NCBI GenBank assembly: GCA_963844715.1
Contig: CAWJPJ010000007.1
Span: 512,001 to 576,000, forward strand
Reading direction: 5' to 3'
Length of the DNA: 64,000 nucleotides
Origin: an uncultured Phycisphaerales bacterium
GTDB lineage: Bacteria; Planctomycetota; Phycisphaerae; Tepidisphaerales; Tepidisphaeraceae
In this document: one piece after another, positions 1-9,539 of the stretch
How positions within the stretch are numbered: position 1 is the first letter of the stretch
Layout: each line of letters starts with the position of its first letter
Position numbers and translations under genes: made by a program
Notes under the pieces: model-generated
What the model was told of the DNA's origin: nothing
Seen by the model: only the letters and a program-made list of their open reading frames with translations
Databases searched by the model: none

Positions 1-424
<424 letters not shown>

Positions 425-448
425 CGGTGGATTCCAGGGAGGCACGCC

Positions 449-688
449 ATGAAGTACCGGCGAATTGCTTTGGCGGGGATCGGGGCGGTCGGATTATTGG
501 CGCTGGCGGCTTGCGGCGCGGATTCGCAAGATTCCTCGCAAAGCGACCCGACGACGCGTGCATTGGCCGATCCGATGGGATATTCTCCCGACTTCGACAA
601 CACGGGAGTGACGGACGGCAAAGGAATCGGTGACAGCGATCCTGATGGACTGAAGAGGGATGTCAATCATGTACTCAATCCTCCGTAA
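449..688 (+). CDS. small hypothetical lipoprotein
   Basis: GGAGG RBS; basic N-terminus, hydrophobic stretch and LAAC lipobox. Confidence 0.7.
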   Translation: MKYRRIALAGIGAVGLLALAACGADSQDSSQSDPTTRALADPMGYSPDFDNTGVTDGKGIGDSDPDGLKRDVNHVLNPP

Positions 689-1082
689 TGGCGGGCTGGC
701 CGCGATCGTGGCGTTTTGTTTGTTCGGCTGCTCGAGAGTTCAGCGGATAGAGCCGACGCAAGCTTTGCAGCCGCCGTTGGAGTCCGCGGACGCGGCGATG
801 TCGGCGCGGCAGTGGGATCCGTCCGTGGCGTGGTACGCCAGCGGCGGGGTGTATGCGTGGCCGAATTACATAACGTTCGCGCCGACGTCGAAGGATCCGG
901 GGCTGCGGGGCGCCAAGGAGACTTTCTACTTCATCTTCAACACGGTTTACGCTCCATTCGTCGCGTTTACGACGGATCCGGCGTGGAAACTGGTTCTGTA
1001 CCAGCCTTTGACGATGCCGCCGACTTACACGGCCAATCCCCCGCTGCCGGACTCGGCGACGACGCAGCCTTCCGACGAATAA
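660..1082 (+). CDS. hypothetical lipoprotein
   Basis: Hydrophobic N-terminus with LFGC lipobox; Pro-rich C-terminus ending ATTQPSDE; same-strand operon context. Confidence 0.65.
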   Translation: MSIMYSILRNGGLAAIVAFCLFGCSRVQRIEPTQALQPPLESADAAMSARQWDPSVAWYASGGVYAWPNYITFAPTSKDPGLRGAKETFYFIFNTVYAPFVAFTTDPAWKLVLYQPLTMPPTYTANPPLPDSATTQPSDE

Positions 1083-1096
1083 TATCAGGCATTTGA

Positions 1097-2200
1097 ATGC
1101 CTCTGGAGCGATCGCAGGTTTGTGAATCGGCCGCAGCGAAGCTTGCGGCTGCGCTGCCGAGGTTGCATGCGCTGCGGGCGCTGGTGGGGCTGGATGGATT
1201 CGTCGACGAGATCGTGGAAGTGGTGGACAAGCGGCACGATGTGGAAAAATACGACGCCGTGCGGACGATCGACTCGATGGGGAGGAAGATTCTGGCGGCG
1301 GCGGGGCAATCGAGCAATTACGAACTGGTGGTGAAGCGGACGAAGATCGGAGGGAGCGGGCCGATCATGGCGGGGGCGCTGGCGGCGGCGGGGATGGGAG
1401 TAACGTGCATTGGATGCCTGGGGAAGCCGGAAATACATCCCATCTTCGGCGGATTTACACATCCGATCAGCGTCGGGGAGCCGGGTTATACGCAAGCATT
1501 GGAATTCGAGGACGGGAAGCTGATGCTGAACAAGACCGGCGGGTTGCCGGAGGTTTCGTGGGAGCGGATTGTTGACGAAGTCGGCGAGGAAGAGCTGGGG
1601 GAGATCGTGGGGGCGTGCGGGCTGATCGCGATGAATAACTGGACGATGATTCCGCATATGGCGCGGATATGGGAGGGTTTTGGCGGGATTCTGGCGGGGC
1701 TGCCGCGGCGGGATTTCTTTGTCGATCTTTCTGATCCGGAAAAGCGTACGGAAAGAGATTTGCGAATCGTGCTCGAAACGCTGGGGAAATTAGAGGGGAG
1801 CGCGGATGTGATTTTGGGACTGAATTTGAAGGAAGCGATTCGGGTTGCGCAAGTGGTGGGTGGGATCGACGAATCGTTGCCGGCGGGGCTGGTGGGGATG
1901 ATTCGCCAGAAGCTCAAGATATCGTGCGTGGTGGTGCATCCCCGGCATGGGGCGGCGGCGGCATCGGTGGAGGGACTTGCGGAATTCGACGGGCCGTTTG
2001 TGCGGGCGCCGGGCATCAGTACGGGGGCGGGGGATCATTTCAATGCGGGATTCTGCCTGGGAAGAATGTTGGGGATGACGCTGGAGGAATGCCTTTGCGC
2101 GGGGACGGCTTGCAGCGGGTACTACGTCAGGCATGGACGCAGCGCGGATGGGATGGAATTGGTACGGTTCATGGGGGAACTTCCCGATCCCGAGGGATGA
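1097..2200 (+). CDS. PfkB/ribokinase-family carbohydrate kinase
   Basis: N-terminal GG motif (KIGGSG) and C-terminal STGAGDHFNAGF PfkB signature. Confidence 0.85.
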   Translation: MPLERSQVCESAAAKLAAALPRLHALRALVGLDGFVDEIVEVVDKRHDVEKYDAVRTIDSMGRKILAAAGQSSNYELVVKRTKIGGSGPIMAGALAAAGMGVTCIGCLGKPEIHPIFGGFTHPISVGEPGYTQALEFEDGKLMLNKTGGLPEVSWERIVDEVGEEELGEIVGACGLIAMNNWTMIPHMARIWEGFGGILAGLPRRDFFVDLSDPEKRTERDLRIVLETLGKLEGSADVILGLNLKEAIRVAQVVGGIDESLPAGLVGMIRQKLKISCVVVHPRHGAAAASVEGLAEFDGPFVRAPGISTGAGDHFNAGFCLGRMLGMTLEECLCAGTACSGYYVRHGRSADGMELVRFMGELPDPEG

Positions 2201-2226
2201 AAAAAGCGGCGCCGCGAGACGCCGCT
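2200..2226 (-). terminator. intrinsic terminator of the His-rich gene, between convergent genes
   Basis: AGCGGCG 2205-2211 / CGCCGCT 2220-2226 stem, followed on the minus strand by a T-run (A-run 2200-2205 on +). Confidence 0.7.
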
Positions 2227-2261
2227 GTCGAAAAGCTGTTTGTCCGCTAGTCAGTATTTGA

Positions 2262-2567
2262 TCAGGTGTTCATGCCGTCGATGGTCGGGGGGATCTTGGT
2301 GATCTTGATGGTCTGATGGGCCGTCGAGCTGCTGAGGGACGTGTGGTGGTGCCTGCGGGAGGTCAGGGACGAGTGGCCACGGGTCTTATGGCTCAAGCGG
2401 TGATGGTGACGATGCGACATGGCGAGCGTCACATGCCTGTGATGCAGGCGCGACAGCGTGCGATGGTGGTGCTTGATTGTCGAGGTGTTGGCGGCGGCGA
2501 CGGTGGAAGCGGCGGGAACGGCCAGCAGGACGGCGACCGCCCACTTCACTAGGGATGACCTGATCAT
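2262..2567 (-). CDS. small secreted His/Arg/Ser-rich protein
   Basis: AAGGAG RBS, Sec-type signal peptide, 16 His in the mature part, own terminator. Confidence 0.75.
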   Translation of the reverse strand: MIRSSLVKWAVAVLLAVPAASTVAAANTSTIKHHHRTLSRLHHRHVTLAMSHRHHHRLSHKTRGHSSLTSRRHHHTSLSSSTAHQTIKITKIPPTIDGMNT

Positions 2568-2742
2568 GTTTATCTCCTTGGGAACAACTGATCCCGCGCG
2601 ACACCGCCCGGGCTATGGGGTTTATCGGACCGCGTGCTGATTGGGGGTGAATTTTTTTGGGGGGGCGTTAACGGGGGGGGATGAACGCGGTGCTGCGCAC
2701 CGCCGCTAAATGTGGGGTGGGGATGGGGAAGCGGAGGAGGGG

Positions 2743-4712
2743 TTATTCTTCTTCCATGAGGGTTTCGCGGACGACTTCTTCGATGGTGGTGACGCCGTCG
2801 TAGATGGCCAATAGTCCGCATTGGCGCAGGGTGCGCATGCCGCGTTTTTTGGCTTCGTTGCGGAGGACCTGGGTGCTGGCGTGCTGGACGATCATGTCGC
2901 GGATGTCGTCGTCGATCATCATGATCTCGTACACGCCCATTCGGCCGCGATAGCCGGTGTTGTTGCAGTTGCTGCATCCCTTGCCGTAGTAGAACGTCTT
3001 TCCGGCCACGTCCTCGGGGCGAAGCTCGAGTTCCATGAGCTGCTCCTGCGAGGGGGAGAATTCGGTTTTGCAGTTGAGGCAGATTTTTCTGACCAGTCTC
3101 TGGGCGACGATGCCTTCGATGGTGGCGGTGACGAGGAACGGCTCGAGGCCAAGATCGAGCAAGCGGGCGATGCAGCTTGGGGCGTCGTTGGTGTGGAGGG
3201 TGCTGAAAACCAGATGGCCGGTGAGGGAAGCCTGGACGGCGATTTCGGCGGTTTCCTTGTCGCGGATTTCGCCGACGAGGATGGTGTCGGGGTCCTGACG
3301 CAACATGGCGCGGAGGATTCTGGCGAAGGTCAATTCGATATCGGGCTTGATCTGGCACTGGATGACGCCGTCGATGTCGTATTCGACCGGGTCTTCGGCG
3401 GTGATGAGCTTGGTGCTGACGTCGTTCAATTCTCGCAGCGCCGAGTAGAGCGTGGTCGTTTTACCGGAGCCGGTCGGGCCGGTGACGATGACGATGCCGT
3501 TGGGTTTGCGGATGAGCTGGCGGAGGACGGAGAGGTCGTCTTCGCGCAGGCCGATTTTGTCGAGATCGAGGCTGACGTTGGCGCGGTCGAGGACGCGCAT
3601 GACGACGCTCTCGCCGAACATGGTGGGCAGAACGCTGACGCGGAGGTCGATCGGCTGGTTGTTGACGGATAGCTCGATGCGGCCGTCCTGGGGAAGACGG
3701 CGCTCGGCGATGTCGAGATTGGCCATGACCTTGATGCGGCTGCTGATCGCGGGGGCGATATGCGAGGGCGGGGGCATCATTTCGTAGAGCACGCCGTCGA
3801 TTCGATAGCGCATCTTGAATTCGCCCTCGAAGGGCTCGAAGTGAATGTCGGACGCCTTGTCCTTGATTGCCTGCAGGAGGACGAGGTTGATCAATTTTCG
3901 AACCGGATTGGAGTTGGCGGCCTCGGAGAGGCTGTCCATATCGATGGACTCGCCGCGATTTTTCAGGCCCTGGAGCGTGTCGTCCTGCGCCATTTCGCCG
4001 AGGACTTCGCCGAGGCCTTCGGTGCTGGTCTGATAGTGCTTGGCGATGAGCTTTTCGAGTTGTTCGGTGTCGGTGGCGATTTTGGCGCTGACCTGGTAAC
4101 CGAAAAGGGATCGCAGATCGTCCAGGGCGCGGAAGTTTTCATGGGACGCCATCGCCACGGTGAGGTGTTTGGTCGCGGCATCAAACTTGATGGGGAGCAC
4201 CTTGTTGCTGGTGGCGAATTCCGCTTTGACGGCGGCGATGGTTGCGGGCTCGATGTCGAGACCTTCAAGAACGACCAGTTCAAAACCCTGCTGAGCGGCG
4301 AGGGCGATGTTGAGATCGGCTTCCTTGATGAAGCCCATGTCGATGAGGATTCGTCCGAGCGCGCCGCCTTTTTGCTTTTGATAGTTGAGGCCCTCGGTGT
4401 ACTGCTCGCGGGTGACGCGGCCCATTTTTGGAGGACGCGACCCAGCGGGCGGCCCTTGAGTTCGCTGATGGGGGGCAATCCGCGCGAAGCGGGATCGGGA
4501 GCGGGCGGCGGGGGCGGCGACGGGGTTACCGGGGGAGGAGTTTTCGGCGGCGAGGCGCCGTTTCCGCCGGCTTTTGGCTGCGCGGAGCCGGGCGTGGGAA
4601 TCCGCGTGATCGGGACCGATGCCGGCGGCCTGCGAAGAGGCTGCCCGTGGCCCGGCGGGTGCGGCCCCGATCCTCCCGGGGGGTTTGGCTGATTTGGAAG
4701 GGCCTGTGACAT
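2743..4712 (-). CDS. GspE/PilB-family secretion/pilus assembly ATPase with Pro-rich N-terminus (frameshift near 4425)
   Basis: ASDIHFEP, LDIAERRLPQDGRI, Walker A GPTGSGKTTT, LRQDPD, VFSTLHTN, CxxC pairs; N-terminal GRPLGRVL/GALGRILIDMG MshEN-like motifs split across frames. Confidence 0.9.
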
Positions 4713-4736
4713 TGCCGAGTCCTCTCTCCCGATAGT

Positions 4737-6016
4737 TTATCGTTTAGCGTTCAGCGCCTGCATGCGGGCGCGATTGGCTTCCATTTGGGCGCGACGTTCG
4801 GCCTCGCTGGCGCCGGGCGCGGCGCCTCCGCCGGGCAGGCCCGGCGGCTTGGGCCGCGCGGGATTCGCGCCGCCGGCTTCCGCGTCCGGCGATTCTTCCG
4901 GGGGGCCTCCGACGCCCATTTCGTCGGCGAGCTTGCCCATGTCGACGCCGGGCGCTCGAAACGGTCCATCATCTGGCTGGCGACTTTGCTCTTGTCGACG
5001 GCCTCTTCAGCGCTGATCTTTCCAGCTTGATAGAGCGTATAGAGGGAGTCGTCCAGAAGGAGCATACCGTATTTCTTGCCGGTTTGGATTTCGGAGTCGA
5101 TGCGGAAGACCTTATTTTCGCGAATCAGGTTCTGAATGCCGGGGGTGACGAACATGAACTCATAGGCGGCGACGCGGCCTTCGACGTCGACCCGGGGGCA
5201 AAGAGCCTGCGAGAGCACGGCGATCAGGTTGTTGGCGAGCTGAACGCGAATCTGTTCCTGCTGATCGGTGGGGAAGGCGTCGATAACGCGATTGATCGTG
5301 CTGGCGGCGCCGCTGGTGTGGAGCGTGCCGAAGACGAGGTGTCCGGTTTCAGCCGAGGTGATGGCAGCGGAGATCGTCGCCAGGTCGCGCATTTCGCCGA
5401 CCAGCATGACGTCGGGGTCCTGGCGGAGAGCGCGGCGGAGGGCCTCGGCGAAGTTCGCCACGTCCACGCCCACTTCGCGCTGCACGACCAGCGATTTCTT
5501 GTGGTTGTGGTAATACTCGATGGGGTCTTCCATCGTGATGATGTGGCGGTCGTAGTTCTCGTTGATGTAATTGATCATGGTGGCCAGCGTGGTGGTCTTC
5601 CCCGAGCCGGTGGGGCCGGTAACGAGGAAGATTCCGCGCGGGCGGCGGCAGATCTGGCGGACGACGTCGGGCAGGCCGATCTCCTCAAAGCTCATCAGTT
5701 TGTTGGGAATTCTGCGAAGCACGAGGCTGGTGACGCCTTTTTGCTTGAAGACGGAGACGCGGAATCGCGCCTCGGTGCCGAAGGCGAAACCGAAGTCGCC
5801 GCTGCCGGTTTCCTCGAATTCCTGCTGGATTCGCTCCGGGGTGATGGACTTCATCAAGGCCATGGTGTCTTCGGGCTCGAGGACCTTGGTTTGAAGGTCT
5901 CGAAGATGCCCGTGAAGACGCAGGACGGGCGGCTTTCCGACGGCGAGGTGCAAGTCGGACGCTCCGCGGCGCACGCAGGTTTCCAACAACCGATCGATTT
6001 GAATAGTCGAAGCCAT
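4737..6016 (-). CDS. pilT: type IV pilus retraction ATPase PilT (frameshift near C-terminus)
   Basis: ASDLHL, GPTGSGKTTTLA, ITMEDPIEY, ALRQDPDV, GEMRD, AETGHLVFGTLHT, IQNLIRE (AIRNLIRE-like motif). Confidence 0.92.
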
Positions 6017-6035
6017 AAACTACCAAGACTCCACG

Positions 6036-7832
6036 CTACGAAGACTGAACGATTCCCTCGATCTGAGCGACTTTGACGACTTCCTCGGCCGTGGTGGTTC
6101 CGGCGAGGACTTTGAGGCGTCCGTCGGCGAGCAGGCTCTTCATGCCGCCGGCGAGGGCGGCTTTGCGAATTTTGTTGGTCGGGGCGCGCTCGAAAGCGAG
6201 GGTTCGCAATTCGGAGTTCATGATCATCATTTCGAAGACGCCGATGCGTCCGCGGAAGCCGGTGCCGGAGCAGTAGTCGCAGCCGCGCGGTTTGTAGACG
6301 TTTCGCTCGGTTAGATCCTGGGGGCGGATTCCGGCGAGCTTGAGCCACATGGGGTCGGGGTCCTTGTCGGGCTGTTTGCACTTGGGGCACAGGGCGCGGA
6401 TCAGGCGCTGGGCCATGACGGCCTGAATGCTGCTGGCGACGAGGAACGGCTTGATGCCCATGTCGATGAGGCGGGTAATGGCGCCGGGAGCGTCATTGGT
6501 GTGGAGCGTGCTGAAGACCAGGTGGCCGGTGAGGGCGGCCTGAATGGCGACTTCGGCGACTTCCTTATCGCGGATTTCGCCGACCAGGATGATGTTGGGC
6601 GCCTGGCGCAACATCGAGCGAAGAATCTTGGCGAAAGTAAGGCCGATGTTCTCGCGGATCTGGCACTGATTGATTCCGACGAAGTTGTATTCGACGGGGT
6701 CCTCGGCGGTGATGATTTTGCGGTCCGGGCGGTTGAGTTCGTTGAGGGCGCCGTAAAGCGTGGTGGTTTTTCCGGAGCCGGTGGGGCCGGTGACGAGGAA
6801 GATGCCGTTGGGGCGTTTGATGATTTTCTGGAAGATTTTGTAGTCGTCTTCCTCGAAGCCGAGGTTTTGGATGCCGATGCGGACGCTGTCGGGGCGAAGA
6901 ATACGAAGGACGACGGACTCGCCGTGGTAGGCGGGGAGCGTGCTGACGCGGAAGTCGATATTGACCTTGTCGACCATGAGCTTGATGCGGCCGTCCTGGG
7001 GGAGGCGCTTTTCGGCGATATCGATGCCGGCCATGATTTTCAGCCGGCTGATGAGGGGGCCTTTCATGCGCAGGGGGATGCGGTCTCTTTCGACGCATTC
7101 GCCGTCAATCCGGTAGCGCAGGCGAACGCGATCCTTCATCGGCTCGACGTGGATATCGCTGGCTCGATTGCGGACCGCTTCGCTGATCATGGAATGAACC
7201 AGCTTGATGATCGGCGCCTGGGTCGCGTCGGAGCCGCCGGGGCCCTCTTCGCCGGCGGCGAGGTCGATGGAACGGTCGATCGAGCGGTCCATCGACTTGT
7301 CGAGGGATTTATCGAGCGACTTGTCCAGGGATTTGTCGAGCGAGTCGCGCAGGCGATCGATGGTGCGGTCCATCGTCTTGTCGATGGTGTTCGAGGCGGT
7401 GGTGTTGAATAACTGATCGAGCACCGATTTGATGCGGCCTTTGGGGGCGAGTACGGTGCGGAAATCCTTGTTCAGGCGGAAGCGGAGGATTTCGAGCATC
7501 TCCAGATCGAGCGGATCGTGGATGGCCAGGCGAAGTTTCCCGCCCTCGTTCCCCAGGGGGAGGACGAGGTATTTTTTCATGATTTCGTCGGGGATGAGCG
7601 TCGCGGCGTTGGGGGGGACGGCGCTCTTTTCCAAATCGATGTACTCCATATTGTGCTGCTGGGCGAGGGCTTTGTAGACGTTGGACTCGCTGCACAATTT
7701 GAGATCGACGAGGGCTTCGCCGATGCGCTGCTTGCTGGTTTTGGCGTGTTCGAGGGCTTTATTGACCTCCTGGGCGGAGATGATTCCCCAGTCAACCAGA
7801 ATTTCCCCCAGTCTTTTCTGTTGCTTGGCCAT
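6036..7832 (-). CDS. GspE/PilB-family ATPase with N-terminal MshEN-like domain
   Basis: RLGEILVDWG and RIGEALVDL motifs; ASDIHVEP; Walker A; LRQAPN; STLHTND; CPKC/CDYC Zn site. Confidence 0.92.
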   Translation of the reverse strand: MAKQQKRLGEILVDWGIISAQEVNKALEHAKTSKQRIGEALVDLKLCSESNVYKALAQQHNMEYIDLEKSAVPPNAATLIPDEIMKKYLVLPLGNEGGKLRLAIHDPLDLEMLEILRFRLNKDFRTVLAPKGRIKSVLDQLFNTTASNTIDKTMDRTIDRLRDSLDKSLDKSLDKSLDKSMDRSIDRSIDLAAGEEGPGGSDATQAPIIKLVHSMISEAVRNRASDIHVEPMKDRVRLRYRIDGECVERDRIPLRMKGPLISRLKIMAGIDIAEKRLPQDGRIKLMVDKVNIDFRVSTLPAYHGESVVLRILRPDSVRIGIQNLGFEEDDYKIFQKIIKRPNGIFLVTGPTGSGKTTTLYGALNELNRPDRKIITAEDPVEYNFVGINQCQIRENIGLTFAKILRSMLRQAPNIILVGEIRDKEVAEVAIQAALTGHLVFSTLHTNDAPGAITRLIDMGIKPFLVASSIQAVMAQRLIRALCPKCKQPDKDPDPMWLKLAGIRPQDLTERNVYKPRGCDYCSGTGFRGRIGVFEMMIMNSELRTLAFERAPTNKIRKAALAGGMKSLLADGRLKVLAGTTTAEEVVKVAQIEGIVQSS

Positions 7833-8111
7833 GAAGTTAACCTCGATTGCAGCCGCCTGGGCCGCACTCCGCCGCGGGGTATGCCAAACCATTCTATGCC
7901 GCGATTTGGCCCTTGTTAGTTGTACTGATATTCATGCGGTAGGGTTCGCGGGGCAGTTCGGTAATAGATGGCAATTAAGGAGCTTATCCAAGGACGCCAA
8001 AGGGCGATTTTACCTTATCGGGGGGCTGAATCACAAGAAGAAAGGGCGGGGGTTTTTGCGGGATTTTCGGGGATTTGCCAAGGGAGGCCGGGTCGGCTAT
8101 ATGACGCCAAA

Positions 8112-8697
8112 ATGCCCAGGCTCAAAGCTCCGCAGAGACGTCAACAGTTAATGGGGGTGGCAACCAAGCTGTTCGCGAAATGGGGGTATAACGCGACCAC
8201 GACGGCGGCGATCGCCGATGCCGCCGGCGTGACCGAGCCGATCCTCTATCGTCACTTTTCCAACAAGCAGGATCTGTTCGTCGCCATCACGCGAGCGATG
8301 AGCGAGCAGACGCTGCAATACTGGCGGCAGATGATCGAGGGGGCAGCCGGGCGCGACGGAAAAAATCCGGGCGATCGCCAGGGGATTTCCGGCCCATATC
8401 CGCAAGCTGGAAGACGCGTACCACGTTCTGCACGGCGCGCTGGTGACCAGCCGGGACCGGAAAGTGCTGGCGGTCATCCGGGAACACTATTCGGAGATCG
8501 AAAAATTTTTCAGCGCGATCATCTCGCAGGGCCAGTCAGCGGGGGAATTCCGGCGCGACATGGATCCGAGAATTCCGACCTGGGAATTAATTAATCTGGG
8601 AATCGGATACGCGATGATCACGCTCAATCTGCATCAGGTCGAACATTTTTCGGTGGAAGACGGGATTGATCACATCTTGAGGGGATTGAAAGCTTGA
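8112..8697 (+). CDS. TetR/AcrR-family transcriptional regulator (frameshift near 8350)
   Basis: ATKLFAKWGYNATTTAAIADAAGVTEPILYRHFSNKQDLF HTH; C-terminal GQSAGEFRRD in a second frame. Confidence 0.9.
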
Positions 8698-8703
8698 TGA
8701 GGA

Positions 8704-8786
8704 AATGCTGATTGGTGATTGGTGAATGATGAATTGAAGAGGTGGGAACGGCCGCAATTCAATTCAGCACTCAGCATTCATCATTC
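8704..8786. repeat. inverted repeat built from degenerate heptamer tandem units (A[A/T]TGNTG-like / CANTCAN-like)
   Basis: aatgctg-attggtg-attggtg-aatgatg-aattg ... caattc-aattcag-cactcag-cattcat-cattc. Confidence 0.65.
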
Positions 8787-8799
8787 GGAATTTGCCCCT

Positions 8800-9367
8800 A
8801 TAAAGCCAGAAGGCCCACGAAGTGACTCGCGACGTCACCGCGTGGGCCAGCCGTGTGTTTCCACCTGGCGCTCTGGTTCGGACCGATTTTTTCGGCAACC
8901 TGCTCCCGGGCCTGGGCCCGCCTCGATCCAATCAGCATGAACCAACAGTTGCCTGAAGATTCACACAGACGGTAGGTCGCGGCTGTATCCGCCGCGACCG
9001 CGCGCCCAACAGGGCGGCATGGCGGTTTCCCGACTGGATGGCCGTGGGCTTCGCTGTCCCGAGCCCGTTCCTAGGATCGCAGTCCCGTCGCACCCCGTTA
9101 CCAGAGCGCTGAGGACAAGCTGGGCTCGATCCGCCGGAGGTCGGGGGACTCTCTCCCCGCGGTTCGGCGGATCACAGGCGGCGACTCTAACCCGGATTGC
9201 CGCAGGCGTTTTTACGCCGAGCGTTTACGGGTGGCCTCATCGCTGGCCGCCGACTTTCGCCGTGCCCGCATTTGAGTTTGCTTTGCACGGTCTTCGCGTT
9301 AGAAAGTCGGACTTTTACGTCAGGAGCGTTTTCCTTTTTCGCCGGTCACTTCCGTGCCCGACGACGT
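8800..9367 (-). ncRNA. putative large structured non-coding RNA (~570 nt), family unassigned
   Basis: At least 10 stems including a 10-bp long-range helix; GAAA tetraloops and A-rich loops on the minus strand; upstream TATATT -10; 3' hairpin followed by a U-containing tail; no credible ORF. Confidence 0.7.
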
Positions 9368-9404
9368 GGGGAAATATATCGCGGCAAACAAAAAAATCGG
9401 AGAA

Positions 9405-9502
9405 TTATCGACAGCTAAAAATTACTTATCCACCGGAGCGCGCAAATGCTTTGGGGACAAGCGAAATCGCGGTGCATAAACCGGTGGATAATCTGATCCA
9501 CA
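9405..9502. promoter_or_regulatory. cluster of six DnaA-box-like nonamers
   Basis: TTATCGACA 9405, TTATCCACC 9426, TTGTCCCCA(rc) 9452, TTATGCACC(rc) 9471, TTATCCACC(rc) 9483, TGATCCACA 9494, compared with consensus TTWTNCACA. Confidence 0.65.
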
Positions 9503-9539
9503 TGCCGCGGAAGAGGAAAAGATTGATACGATATCATGG

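Noticed and set aside
2821..7412. Long + strand ORFs antisense to the pilB/pilT genes (similar cases elsewhere, e.g. 37637-38845)
   Set aside because: Shadow ORFs caused by high-GC codon bias opposite well-supported genes.
8900..8920. SRP helix-8-like CCAGGCCC-GGGAGCA on the minus strand
   Set aside because: The GNRA tetraloop between CCC and GGG is absent and there is no long SRP rod; would need an Rfam check.
8800..9367. RNase P RNA, suggested by AAAGUCCGA near the 5' end and UCUGGCUUUAUA at the 3' end
   Set aside because: No GAGGAAAG or ACAGAA context, internal conserved regions are missing, and the AAAGUCCGA segment overlaps a local 9-bp stem; resemblance is only partial.
9405..9535. 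Chromosomal oriC
   Set aside because: Not called: no dnaA/dnaN/gidA neighbours and no visible GC-skew switch; kept only as a DnaA-box cluster.
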